57,440 nt of DNA, from positions 1 through 57,440 of the forward strand of contig JAJPZM010000306.1 in NCBI GenBank assembly GCA_021204335.1, given 5' to 3'. This document shows, piece after piece, positions 18,797-28,676 of the stretch. Position numbers and translations under genes: made by a program. The first letter of the stretch is position 1. Each line of letters opens with the position of its first letter. Below the pieces are notes generated by a model, which saw only the letters and a program-made list of their open reading frames with translations, searched no databases and was not told the origin of the DNA. This stretch comes from Parabacteroides sp. GTDB taxonomy: Bacteria > Bacteroidota > Bacteroidia > Bacteroidales > Tannerellaceae.

Positions 18797-20125
18797 TTAC
18801 CAGCGTCTGCGACGTCTGCGGTGACGCTGTTTCTGTTTATAATCACGTATCCTGCGGTAGACTACCCAGACAAATAATACCCCGAAGACGGCAAAGATCA
18901 GCAAGACAATCCCTGTATTTAGGTTATCCCCTTTCACACGACTCCACATCTCGAGTACCAGTTCGGTTTCATCGCCGAAGTCGCGGATCATTGCACAGCG
19001 TTCCACTACCTTTTGATCGGGATATTGCACCGGGTTTATGTGAATACTGTCGTTGCCTGCACCAAAGAAATAACTGAGGTCGGACGTTTCTTCAAAGGTT
19101 GTATCTATTTTAGCTTCCAGTATTTCCGGCGTGGCAATGGCACTTACATAGCCGTTGGCATCCATATTGCGCAAAGCGATGTCGGGACGACAAAGATAAT
19201 CCAAAAAGTAACTGGCTGCTTTTACATTTCGCGCATATTTGGGGATTGCCCAACCGTCATACCAGATGTTGCTGCCTTCGATAGGGACTTCATAATCGAG
19301 CTCCACGCCTACTGCATCAGCCTCCTCCATTGCCCAGACGGCATCGCCGCTCCAGGTCAGATTCAGCCAGGCTTTGTTCTTTGTCATCATCTCCTTGCCG
19401 AAATCGGCTTCCCAGCCGGCGATATTCGGCTTCATCCGTTTCAGATAATCTTCGGCGATGGCGATGGCTTCGGGGGAGTTGTCGTTCATCAGTTGTTCGA
19501 CCGTTACGGTGCCGTCCGCCAGCTCTTTGGCATGGGCGTAGATGATGGCAGTGCCGTAAGCATCGCGGTAGCTGTCTTTCATCAGGATTTTATTCTTGTA
19601 CTTCGGGTTCCAGAGGCAATCCCAGGTCATTACCTCATCCTTCGTGACAAACTTCTTGTTGTAGAGCAGGCCAGCCGTTCCCCACATGTAAGGGACGACA
19701 TAATCGGTCGTTTTCATTCCCGGCTGGCTCAGTTTATTCAGTTGTTCCTGAATATATGGAGAGATGTTACCCAGATAATCGGGCGTCTTGCCGAAATTCT
19801 TGTCGATCGGGAGCAGCAGCTTCTTTTTCAGCATCCGCTCGATAATATATTCAGATGGGCAGATCAGGTCGAAATCTTCGTGACCACGCTCTATCTTAGT
19901 GAGCATGATCTCGTTGATATCGAATACCTGGTAAATGATACGGATATCTTCGCCGGTCTGTTCTTTATACCAGACAGGAAATTCATCGAGGATATCTTCA
20001 TCGATATAGTCCGCCCAGTTGTATATTTTCAGGATTTTGCTGCGTTCTTTTTCCGTACGTGCACAGAAAGACAGTACCGCCAGACAGGCAGCCAATACGC
20101 ATATTATTTTAATCAATCTACTCAT
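18797..20125 (-). CDS. potD: Spermidine/putrescine ABC transporter substrate-binding protein with a C-terminal TM anchor
   Basis: LKIYNWADYID, PSEY, PYMWGT, WSGDA, EGSNIWYD; operon context. Confidence 0.9.
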   Translation of the reverse strand: MSRLIKIICVLAACLAVLSFCARTEKERSKILKIYNWADYIDEDILDEFPVWYKEQTGEDIRIIYQVFDINEIMLTKIERGHEDFDLICPSEYIIERMLKKKLLLPIDKNFGKTPDYLGNISPYIQEQLNKLSQPGMKTTDYVVPYMWGTAGLLYNKKFVTKDEVMTWDCLWNPKYKNKILMKDSYRDAYGTAIIYAHAKELADGTVTVEQLMNDNSPEAIAIAEDYLKRMKPNIAGWEADFGKEMMTKNKAWLNLTWSGDAVWAMEEADAVGVELDYEVPIEGSNIWYDGWAIPKYARNVKAASYFLDYLCRPDIALRNMDANGYVSAIATPEILEAKIDTTFEETSDLSYFFGAGNDSIHINPVQYPDQKVVERCAMIRDFGDETELVLEMWSRVKGDNLNTGIVLLIFAVFGVLFVWVVYRRIRDYKQKQRHRRRRRRW

Positions 20126-20145
20126 TTCTTTTTTCCTGTTTGATG

Positions 20146-20934
20146 TTACTTGGCGGATTTATCAGCCCTCTTATTAATCACGATCAGCAACACCAGTACG
20201 GTGACGAAGATGATCGTGGAAAGCGGACGCAGTTCCGGTGTGAGACCACCCTTGCGGGCATCTGCATAGATAAAGGTCGAAAGCGTCTCCAACCCTTCGT
20301 TGCCGATGATGAAGATGGTAACGGCAAAGTCGTCGATAGACAGCGTGAAGGCCAGGATAAAACCACTGATCATTCCCGGCTGGATTTCCGGCAGGATAAC
20401 CTTTCGCAAAGCCTGAAGAGGAGTCGCCCTCAAATCGAGTGCCGCTTCATATACGTTCTGGTTCATCTTCTTCAAACGGGGCATCACGCTCAACACCACG
20501 TAGGGTGTACAAAACGTGATATGCGCCAGCACTACCGTCGTAAATCCCTGCGATACACCGAAGCTGACAAACAGCAGGAACAGGGAAACTCCGGTGATGA
20601 TATCCGCATTCATCATCGGTATGGCATTGGTAAAATTCATTACCTGACGCGGACGACTGCGCAGGTTAAAGATGCCGATCGCCGCCACACTACCCAATAT
20701 CGTCGAGATGGAAGCAGCCAGCATAGCAATGGCAAACGTGTTCCACAAAGCACTGACCAACGAACGTTGCACACCTCCGGAAAACAACGAACTATACAGT
20801 TTTGTTGAGAATCCTGTCCAGTTACCCAGCACCTTTGCTTCGGTAAAAGAGAAGATCATAATGATCAGGATCGGAGAATACAGCAGGATAAGAAGCAGCC
20901 ACAAATAGGCCTTTGCCATTATTTTCGTCATCAT
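20146..20934 (-). CDS. potC: Spermidine/putrescine ABC permease
   Basis: LYSPI...FSF, GFSTKLY, EAALDL.A, AFTLSIDDF. Confidence 0.92.
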   Translation of the reverse strand: MMTKIMAKAYLWLLLILLYSPILIIMIFSFTEAKVLGNWTGFSTKLYSSLFSGGVQRSLVSALWNTFAIAMLAASISTILGSVAAIGIFNLRSRPRQVMNFTNAIPMMNADIITGVSLFLLFVSFGVSQGFTTVVLAHITFCTPYVVLSVMPRLKKMNQNVYEAALDLRATPLQALRKVILPEIQPGMISGFILAFTLSIDDFAVTIFIIGNEGLETLSTFIYADARKGGLTPELRPLSTIIFVTVLVLLIVINKRADKSAK

Positions 20935-21731
20935 ATCACACCTCCTCCTTCATTAGAAGCACTGTCTTCTTCATTCGTAAACAAAATCGTTATGCCGATC
21001 AGTAGCAGCATAATCAGCGAAAGGGCAGCACCGTAGTTCCACATTCCGTTATTGATATTTTCCTGTACGGTCGTACCAAACAGCTTGATATTGTTCATCG
21101 TCAGCAACTCGGCAATGGCAAATGTCGAAACGGTCGGCATAAACACCATCACGATACCGCTCATCACGCCGGGCATGGACAATGGGAATATTGTTTTCAT
21201 AAATACCTGGAAAGGATTTGCACCCAGATCCTGTACCGCTTCGATCAGGCTGCGATCCATCTTCTGCAAGGTGTTATAGATCGGATAGATCATAAAAGGC
21301 AGGAAGTTGTAGACCATACCGAAGATCAGCGCCCCCTCTCCCAACGGCAGGTTCAGGAAGTCGAACAGGGCAACCGTTGCCAACGTACGAATCAGAATAT
21401 TCACCCACATCGGCAGGATAAACAGAACGACCATCGTGCGCGATGTATTGAAACGTGTCTGGCTGAGGATGTAAGCCGCCGGATAACCCAGTATCAGGCA
21501 AACCAGTGTAGTAATAATAGCAATCCCGATAGAATAAACGAAGGTGTTCAACGCTTCGGGATGCATCATAAACTTACGGAAATTGGCAAAGGTAAACGTT
21601 CCCTCGGCATCTGTAAAAGCATACAGAACGATCAGGAGCAACGGCATCACCACGAATACTGCCAGAAATAATGCGTAAGGAATTGTCCAGTTCCTGCGAC
21701 GCATGAAGAATGCGGCTAATTTATTTATCAC
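20931..21731 (-). CDS. potB: Spermidine/putrescine ABC permease
   Basis: LGYPAAY, LPMWVN.LIR, YNFLPFMIYPIY, PLSMPG. Confidence 0.92.
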   Translation of the reverse strand: MINKLAAFFMRRRNWTIPYALFLAVFVVMPLLLIVLYAFTDAEGTFTFANFRKFMMHPEALNTFVYSIGIAIITTLVCLILGYPAAYILSQTRFNTSRTMVVLFILPMWVNILIRTLATVALFDFLNLPLGEGALIFGMVYNFLPFMIYPIYNTLQKMDRSLIEAVQDLGANPFQVFMKTIFPLSMPGVMSGIVMVFMPTVSTFAIAELLTMNNIKLFGTTVQENINNGMWNYGAALSLIMLLLIGITILFTNEEDSASNEGGGVI

Positions 21732-21742
21732 TTCCTTTCCTT

Positions 21743-23125
21743 TTAGTTATGAATAATACGAATGTTTTCAGGAGCAATCCGGATGCCGACGCGGTCGCCA
21801 TCGTCCCAGACGTCGGTGGTATCGACAAATATATCTTCGTCCCAATCGGTAAACACCGTTAGATGATAATGGTTGCCTTTGTAGAGGATAAACTTTACTT
21901 CGCCGGTCAGCTTGCCGTCTTCTTCGTTATCTTCGAGGATGACATGGCGGAAGTCGACTTCGACTTTTACTGGTGCTTCGGGTTCGATACCGGAAACTTC
22001 TTTGCATTCGAAAGTGGTTCCCAGAAACTCCACATGCGTGGAATCGATCATCTTTCCTTCGAAAGTATTGCAAGTGCGTTCCTTCTTCATCACATGTATA
22101 TCGAAAGGTTTTACCAGCAAACCCACTTCCTGCCCAGCATCGAAGTAATGGTAATCCTGCACCATAAACTCGTAGCCTTCGGGAGTCTGCACCATCATTT
22201 CATAATGGACGCCTTTAAAGATAGAGGAAGTAATCGTTCCCGTCAGCATGGCAGCCTCGGACGGTTCGAATATATAAATATCTTCCGGGCGGATTACCAC
22301 ATCCACCGGAGTCTGTTCGCCAAAGCCTTCGTCGACACAGTCGAAGTCGTGGCCGGCAAAGGAGACTTGTTTATCTTTAATCATCAGCCCGTTTAGGATA
22401 TTACTCTCGCCAATGAAATCGGCCACAAACGAATTGATTGGTTCATTGTAAATATCGATCGGCGTTCCGATCTGCTGGATGCGGCCTTCGCTCATCACCA
22501 CGATCGTGTCGCTCAGAGTCAACGCTTCTTCTTGGTCGTGAGTGACATAAACAAATGTGATACCGAGGGATTTGTGCATCTCCTTCAACTCCATTTGCAT
22601 ATCCTTGCGCATCTTTAGGTCGAGGGCAGCCAACGGTTCGTCGAGCAGCAACACTTCCGGCTCGTTGACAATGGCCCGGGCAATGGCTACACGCTGTTGC
22701 TGACCACCGGAGAGGGAATCGACATCGCGATATTCGTAATCGGTCATGCCTACCATCTTCAAGGCTTGTTTCACCTTCTTCTCTATCACTGCGGCTGGCA
22801 GCTTTTTAAGTTTCAGACCAAAAGCGATATTATTGAAAACATTCAAGTGAGGAAACAGGGCATATTTCTGAAATACGGTATTGACCGGACGTTTATGCGG
22901 CGGTGTTTGCGTAATCTCCTTTCCCGCAATTGATATCTCACCTTCCGAAGCCGTCTGAAACCCGGCGATCAAACGCAGCAACGTTGTTTTACCGCAACCG
23001 GAAGGCCCCAGAATGGTTACAAACTCGCCCTTACGGACAAATAAATTCACATCGTTCAGCACAGCTTTGCCTCCGAAGAACTTAGACACATGCTCCACAC
23101 TGATGATGCAATCGGACTTTTGCAT
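21743..23125 (-). CDS. potA: Spermidine/putrescine ABC ATPase with tandem TOBE domains
   Basis: [35 protein letters not shown]. Confidence 0.95.
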   Translation of the reverse strand: MQKSDCIISVEHVSKFFGGKAVLNDVNLFVRKGEFVTILGPSGCGKTTLLRLIAGFQTASEGEISIAGKEITQTPPHKRPVNTVFQKYALFPHLNVFNNIAFGLKLKKLPAAVIEKKVKQALKMVGMTDYEYRDVDSLSGGQQQRVAIARAIVNEPEVLLLDEPLAALDLKMRKDMQMELKEMHKSLGITFVYVTHDQEEALTLSDTIVVMSEGRIQQIGTPIDIYNEPINSFVADFIGESNILNGLMIKDKQVSFAGHDFDCVDEGFGEQTPVDVVIRPEDIYIFEPSEAAMLTGTITSSIFKGVHYEMMVQTPEGYEFMVQDYHYFDAGQEVGLLVKPFDIHVMKKERTCNTFEGKMIDSTHVEFLGTTFECKEVSGIEPEAPVKVEVDFRHVILEDNEEDGKLTGEVKFILYKGNHYHLTVFTDWDEDIFVDTTDVWDDGDRVGIRIAPENIRIIHN

Positions 23126-23310
23126 AGACTTATCCCTTTTCCTTACAAATTAAACATAATTGCTCCTTTTCATAAAAAGCGGCACAAAGGTAGACATTTT
23201 AAGAGAAATCCAATAACTGATTTATTCCATTCGGATGAAAATAAAGTTTCTCTCGGATGAAAAAAGATTTTCTTCCGAATGAAACTTTATTTTCACCCGA
23301 ACGAAACTAT

Positions 23311-24261
23311 TCAGACTATCTCGTCAAAATTCTTCTTTTCGTCAATAATATACTCCGGACGCGCCTTGACTTCGTCGAACAGGATACCGACATATTGCCC
23401 CAGCACACCGACCGTCAGCAACTGAACACCACCGAAAAAGATAACGGAAGTCATAATTGAAGTCCATCCGCTTTCAGCATTGCTGAACCCATATATCTTC
23501 CCCAACGTAAACCATGCAGCCAGGACAATACCGACAACAACGGCAATAAAACCGAGGCTCGTTGCCAACCGAAGCGGTTTTTTAGAGAAGTAAAGCATGG
23601 CGATCGAAGCGAATTTCCACATCTTGCTGAACGGATACTTCGTCTCGCCGGCAATACGCGCTTCCCGTTCGTAATAGAATGGAACCTGTTTGTAGCCCAG
23701 CCAGCTTATCAGCCCGCGGATATATTTGCCTCTTTCCTGAAAACGGTCGAACTGATCCATCACCTTTCGGTCTATCATACGGAAATCGCCCGTATCCAAC
23801 GGAAAACTGACATCACTCATATAATTAAGCATACGGTAGAAAGCCTTGGAAGTGACTTTCTTGAAAAGACTCTCGCCTTCACGCGACTTACGGACACAGT
23901 AGACTACATTGGCGTTTTCTCTTTCCTGCAATTCCAAAATACCGGCAATCAGTTCAGGCGGATCCTGCATATCGGCATCGAGTATGACAGCCAGATCGGC
24001 ATCGCAATTATTAATACCGGCTGTTACCGCCGGCTGATGGCCGAAGTTGCGGGAGAAATGAATCACCTTTACCTGCGGGTCGGAAGCTGCGATCCCATCC
24101 AGCAACTCGCGGGTTTTATCGCGACTTCCATCATTGATATAGATTATTTCCGTAGAGACCGGAAGCGATTGCAACGCCTCTCTCGTACGACGATATGACT
24201 CGGAGATAACCAACTCCTCGTTATAGCAGGGAACAATAACGGCCAGCTTCTTCATTTGCAT
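23311..24261 (-). CDS. GT2 polyprenol-phosphate glycosyltransferase (GtrB-like)
   Basis: VIVPCYNEE, NDGSRD, SRNFGHQ, DADMQDPP, two C-terminal TM helices. Confidence 0.92.
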   Translation of the reverse strand: MQMKKLAVIVPCYNEELVISESYRRTREALQSLPVSTEIIYINDGSRDKTRELLDGIAASDPQVKVIHFSRNFGHQPAVTAGINNCDADLAVILDADMQDPPELIAGILELQERENANVVYCVRKSREGESLFKKVTSKAFYRMLNYMSDVSFPLDTGDFRMIDRKVMDQFDRFQERGKYIRGLISWLGYKQVPFYYEREARIAGETKYPFSKMWKFASIAMLYFSKKPLRLATSLGFIAVVVGIVLAAWFTLGKIYGFSNAESGWTSIMTSVIFFGGVQLLTVGVLGQYVGILFDEVKARPEYIIDEKKNFDEIV

Positions 24262-24641
24262 TATGCTTTAAAAGTATAGAACTTGTTCATTAAAAAATTG
24301 ATCATTGTATAGAACACCATTCCTATCAAATGGTTATAATAATGATTGATCGTCAGCTGGGAATTCAGGATAAGCACCAGCCCATATTGCAACACATAAC
24401 AGATTGCAAACGCAATGGCAAAACGAATCGCCCCTTTTGCCCATCCGGTAGAACTTCCTTTGAAAGTCCACTGTTTATTCCAGATAAAGCTGTTCAGCAA
24501 CCCGGCTACATATCCCGTCAAGTTCGATAAACCTTCCCTGCACCCGAAGAGTTTCATCATCACCCAGATAACGACCATAGTTATCAGGGTGTTGCTCACT
24601 CCTACCACACCATACTTAATGGCTTGTTTTATTGTTTCCAT
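24261..24641 (-). CDS. GtrA-family flippase-like protein
   Basis: KYGVVG.SNT, NSFIWNKQWTF, NF.MNKFYTF. Confidence 0.9.
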   Translation of the reverse strand: METIKQAIKYGVVGVSNTLITMVVIWVMMKLFGCREGLSNLTGYVAGLLNSFIWNKQWTFKGSSTGWAKGAIRFAIAFAICYVLQYGLVLILNSQLTINHYYNHLIGMVFYTMINFLMNKFYTFKA

Positions 24642-25371
24642 CCTTATTAATAATATCAGCGACTTCCTGCGGCGTCAGTTCCTTTACGTTTGTTATCGTA
24701 AAGATATCAGACAGGAAATCACCATACTGGTTACATTCATTGATAACCTGGTCGAGGGTCATCTTGATGTCGACACGCACCGGTATCAGAAATACCAGTT
24801 CTACATATTGCTCGGCAATAGTCAGGCGCTCAATCTCGCAATCAGCTTTCGGCAAGTAATAAGCGAACTCGCGCTCGATTACTTTACGCTGATACTCCAG
24901 GAAAGGTTTGCGATCTTTCGAAAGCATCAATACGTAAAAACGCAACTTCTCCCCTTTTCCTCCCAGACCGGTCGAAATATATATCTGTTTCTCATCCGAC
25001 AATTCCGATTCCAAAGAGATACGGCTTTCCATCAAAGCCATATAAGCCCAGTTGCTTACGTCGTCGTCGGGATGCTGCACATAGTCTTCCAGCATCCGGT
25101 AAGCTTTTACTTGGTGCGAAGTAGCCAGCATGGATAAAATATATTTCTTATGGTCTGTTGTCGACTCCGGATCCGACAGGCTTTCGCGGAAAGCCATATA
25201 ATCCGTATCGGTTAAATCCGGTTTTGCCTTGCCTTTCCGAACCTGTTCGGAGTACTTGAAATACTCCATCTGAAGTTCCACCGGCACACGCTGTTCCAAT
25301 ATATGTAAATGCCCGTCCATCTTGTTAAAAGAATCCCAGAATTTCTTAAATACATCGCCTTCTTCTTTCAT
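24616..25371 (-). CDS. Hypothetical protein, first gene of the GtrA/GT2 operon
   Basis: 251-aa ORF overlapping the GtrA start; ISTGLGGKG motif; upstream -7 box. Confidence 0.75.
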   Translation of the reverse strand: MKEEGDVFKKFWDSFNKMDGHLHILEQRVPVELQMEYFKYSEQVRKGKAKPDLTDTDYMAFRESLSDPESTTDHKKYILSMLATSHQVKAYRMLEDYVQHPDDDVSNWAYMALMESRISLESELSDEKQIYISTGLGGKGEKLRFYVLMLSKDRKPFLEYQRKVIEREFAYYLPKADCEIERLTIAEQYVELVFLIPVRVDIKMTLDQVINECNQYGDFLSDIFTITNVKELTPQEVADIINKDGNNKTSH

Positions 25372-25468
25372 AGACCTGTTTTTTTAGTTATATACTATAC
25401 CCAATAAACAAGAAACTAAGACAAATGTACGGCTTTTTCCCGAGATTTTTGGCATTCCACAATAAAAA

Positions 25469-25504
25469 GGGGATAAAGAGCCTGTAAAAACACTCTTTAT
25501 CCCC
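25469..25504 (-). terminator. Intrinsic terminator of the ribose/nucleoside operon
   Basis: GGGGATAAAGAG/CTCTTTATCCCC stem followed by a T-run on the minus strand. Confidence 0.8.
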
Positions 25505-25526
25505 AAATTCATTTCATCCGAACAGT

Positions 25527-26527
25527 TCAGGCACCGGCATAAATCAGAAAACCGAGACTGATCACGAACAGGACGAACATTCCCAGGTTCAGATAATCGG
25601 AACTCTTGTGAGCTCCCTTAAATTCATGCCAGATCAGGATTCCCCACAAGGCGGAAACCAGCGTTGCCCCTTGTCCCAACCCGTATGAGATGGCTGCACC
25701 TGCCTTTTCCGAAGCAATCATACTGAATGACTGGCCGATACACCAGATAACACCTCCTAAAACACCGACCAGATGCGTACGCATATCCCCTTTAAAATAA
25801 CCGGAGATGGAAACAGGCGCCCCTTCCACCGGCCTTTTCATCGCAATCGCATTGAACAGGAAATTACTGACAAATACACCGACGGCAAAAATAAACACAG
25901 CCGTATAGGGAGTCAGCTTCCCGGCTGCCGGGGCAGCAAAGTTTTCCAAATCCATGGAAGCGGCGACAAAACGGTAGAAGAAAGCCATGATCACCCCGGC
26001 GGCAACTGAGATAAATATGCCTTTACCCGAAACCTTTTTCGAGCCGACCAATGCCTTTTTATAAGCCAACCCATTCAAGATAATCGCTACGGTAATCAAT
26101 GCAATTCCCACAAAGATGAACAACGGCTCACCCTTCGCTGCACCGAAATAATTGATCAGTACGCCCAGCACCAAAGCTAACCCCACTCCTACCGGAAAAG
26201 CAACCGACATACCGCAAATAGCGATAGCTGTCGAAAGCAGAATATTGGAAGCGTTAAAATAATACCACCGAGGAAAGCACTTCCGATATTCAGCGGATCC
26301 GCCTGCATCAGGTCGGGTATAAAACTGCGCCCCTCCGTTCCGATGCTTCCCAATGTGAATGCGGAAAGAATGGAAAACAACAAAACGCCCACTACATAAT
26401 CCCAGTAAAAAAACTCATACCTCCACGTCCGAGAAGCCAGTTTCTGCGTATTGCCCCATGAGCCCCAGCAAAGCATGGTGACCACACAGAAGACAATAGC
26501 CAATGAATAATTCTGTACGATAAACAT
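25527..26527 (-). CDS. GRP/DMT-family sugar (ribose) transporter, RusT-like; frameshift at about 26258
   Basis: MLCWGSWGNTQK, YEFFYWDY, MSVAFPVG, AISYGLGQGATLV, W.EFK. Confidence 0.8.
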
Positions 26528-26534
26528 AACTTTA

Positions 26535-27548
26535 TTATTTTGAGGTTGGTTGATGCATGATGTAATCGTCGAGCAATGCTGCCATTTGCGCAGCCGGTAC
26601 TTTCTCGATCAGGCGCAGGTCCCTGCCGTTCTCGCCGGGAATCCAGGTGTTGCGACCTTCATCATCCACGACTTTGAATGTGCCACGCTCCACATTATAA
26701 TAAGGTTCGTACCCTTTTACCGCCACCAGAACAGCAGTCAAGTCCCAGCTATTCCGACCGTTCGGATCGCCTTCTGCAAAACATTGGGCGTATGCATCCT
26801 TCACCGGACTGCCGGCGATATTGGAGGCGACCAGCTTTTTCCCCGTCAGGATAACATCGCCAATTTCAAAGCCACTGAATACGATTTCCGTCGGCCACTG
26901 TTCGGCAACCACTTTCGATGCAGGCGTATCGCAATAGACATTGAACTCCCGTCCCTGTGGGAACACGCCGGCCATCGCTACGACCTGTTTTACTTTCTTT
27001 GCCACCAGTTCCTTGCCGGATAAAGGACTATATTCATCCCCGCCGGAAAGCAACAGGTCTTTCAGGTTCGTAAAAAAGCCGATGGTACAAATGACCACGC
27101 TATTATCCGGTTGCGTACTCAATATCTTACGATAGACCTGAACGGCATCCGGAGCATCCGATGTCTTCTGCGTCTTATGTGGATACTTAGCCGGCAGCAC
27201 CTCCGTCCATTTTATTTTATGGCCGGCTGTCATATTAACGCCACCTTCACTCTTAGGCGCCCCCACCGGAATATCCGGGCGGTTAAAATAAGTATTCAAT
27301 ACTTCAATACAAGGAACCACCAGCTCGTCATGATTAGAAGAAAGCGTAGCCAGAATTTTAACCTCGCCGCTATCCGCCAGGGCATGCATCAAAGCCATTG
27401 CCCCCACATCGTCGTAATCGGGGCCAATATCGGTGTCGAGGATCAAATTAACAGGTTGAACTGCCGCTTCCTGAGCCGGCTTCTTTGCTGTGCCATTACA
27501 GGCAACCAGCAGAGATAATACAAAGATTAACAAATAAGAATGTTTCAT
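26535..27548 (-). CDS. Nucleoside hydrolase lipoprotein (IU-NH family)
   Basis: Lipobox LVAC, ILDTDIGPDYDD, IGFFTNL, EFNV, SWD. Confidence 0.9.
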   Translation of the reverse strand: MKHSYLLIFVLSLLVACNGTAKKPAQEAAVQPVNLILDTDIGPDYDDVGAMALMHALADSGEVKILATLSSNHDELVVPCIEVLNTYFNRPDIPVGAPKSEGGVNMTAGHKIKWTEVLPAKYPHKTQKTSDAPDAVQVYRKILSTQPDNSVVICTIGFFTNLKDLLLSGGDEYSPLSGKELVAKKVKQVVAMAGVFPQGREFNVYCDTPASKVVAEQWPTEIVFSGFEIGDVILTGKKLVASNIAGSPVKDAYAQCFAEGDPNGRNSWDLTAVLVAVKGYEPYYNVERGTFKVVDDEGRNTWIPGENGRDLRLIEKVPAAQMAALLDDYIMHQPTSK

Positions 27549-27584
27549 GATATTACTGATTATTGATTAGATACTATGTGATTT

Positions 27585-28514
27585 TCATTCAAAGATATCC
27601 ACCTCACTCCTGTAGGGAACAGACGACTGGGCCCCTACACGAGTGACGGAAATAGCCGAAGCTTTGCAGGCAAAACGTACGGCTTCCATCTGGTTACGTC
27701 CTTCCGACAAGGCAACAGTCAACGCCCCGTTGAAAACATCACCGGCAGCAGTCGTATCGACCGCCTCCACTTTCAAGGCAGGAACCAGTTCGATGCCTTC
27801 GTCGCAATAGACCAGCGCGCCTTTCGAGCCCAGCGTTATGATTATATTCTGCACGCCCATTCCCGAAAGAACCCGGGCAGCTTCCACCGCCGATGCCTGG
27901 TCGGTGATCTTTACTCCCGAAATCATCTCCGCTTCCGTTTCATTCGGGGTAATCATATAAAGATGTTTTAGCAACGAAGGGGATAAAGGATGCGCCGGAG
28001 CAGGGTTCAATATTACTTTTTTGTTTTTACGGTAAGCTATTTCGGCTACATACTCTACGGTCTCCATTGGAATTTCGAGCTGCATTAATACCAGGTCTGC
28101 CTGGTCGATCGCTTCTTCCGCCTTTGCCAAATCCGACGGTAACAAGTTGGCGTTTGCCCCCGAAGCAACCACGATACAGTTTTCTGCCTGTTCGTCTACC
28201 GTAATTAAGGCAACGCCGGAAGGATGTACGGAATCCGAAAAGATATACGAAGTATTGATCCCTTCCTCCTCAAAAAGTTGTTGCGACTGATGACCGAAAA
28301 TATCGCTGCCGGTCTTACAGATAAAAGTAACGGATGCTCCCAAACGGGCAATAGCAACTGCCTGGTTAGCTCCTTTACCTCCGGGATTCATAAAGAAAGT
28401 TCCTCCCAAAATAGTTTCCCCCGGGCGGGGAAGATGTTCGGCTTTAATAATCATATCGGTATTGCTGCTGCCAACTACCAGAATATTGTGCCGGTTCAAC
28501 TGTTCCATGTTCAT
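27585..28514 (-). CDS. rbsK: Ribokinase
   Basis: VVGSSNTD, PGGKGANQA, NPAPA, PNETE, DTTAAGDVF. Confidence 0.95.
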   Translation of the reverse strand: MNMEQLNRHNILVVGSSNTDMIIKAEHLPRPGETILGGTFFMNPGGKGANQAVAIARLGASVTFICKTGSDIFGHQSQQLFEEEGINTSYIFSDSVHPSGVALITVDEQAENCIVVASGANANLLPSDLAKAEEAIDQADLVLMQLEIPMETVEYVAEIAYRKNKKVILNPAPAHPLSPSLLKHLYMITPNETEAEMISGVKITDQASAVEAARVLSGMGVQNIIITLGSKGALVYCDEGIELVPALKVEAVDTTAAGDVFNGALTVALSEGRNQMEAVRFACKASAISVTRVGAQSSVPYRSEVDIFE

Positions 28515-28676
28515 ATCTATTAAATATTTAAAGTCTGCAATGAAGCGATACAATATAAAGCTATATTTCCGGCTTTTTCAATCATAAATCGGCAATAAAG
28601 ATAAACCCAAATCAAAAAAAAAGCATATCTTAGTCTCGCAAATTTAATACCTAATATTTAATATAATGTACACATT

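Noticed and set aside
19013-20808. 376-aa and 222-aa plus-strand ORFs opposite potD and potC
   Set aside because: Antisense shadows of well-supported genes.
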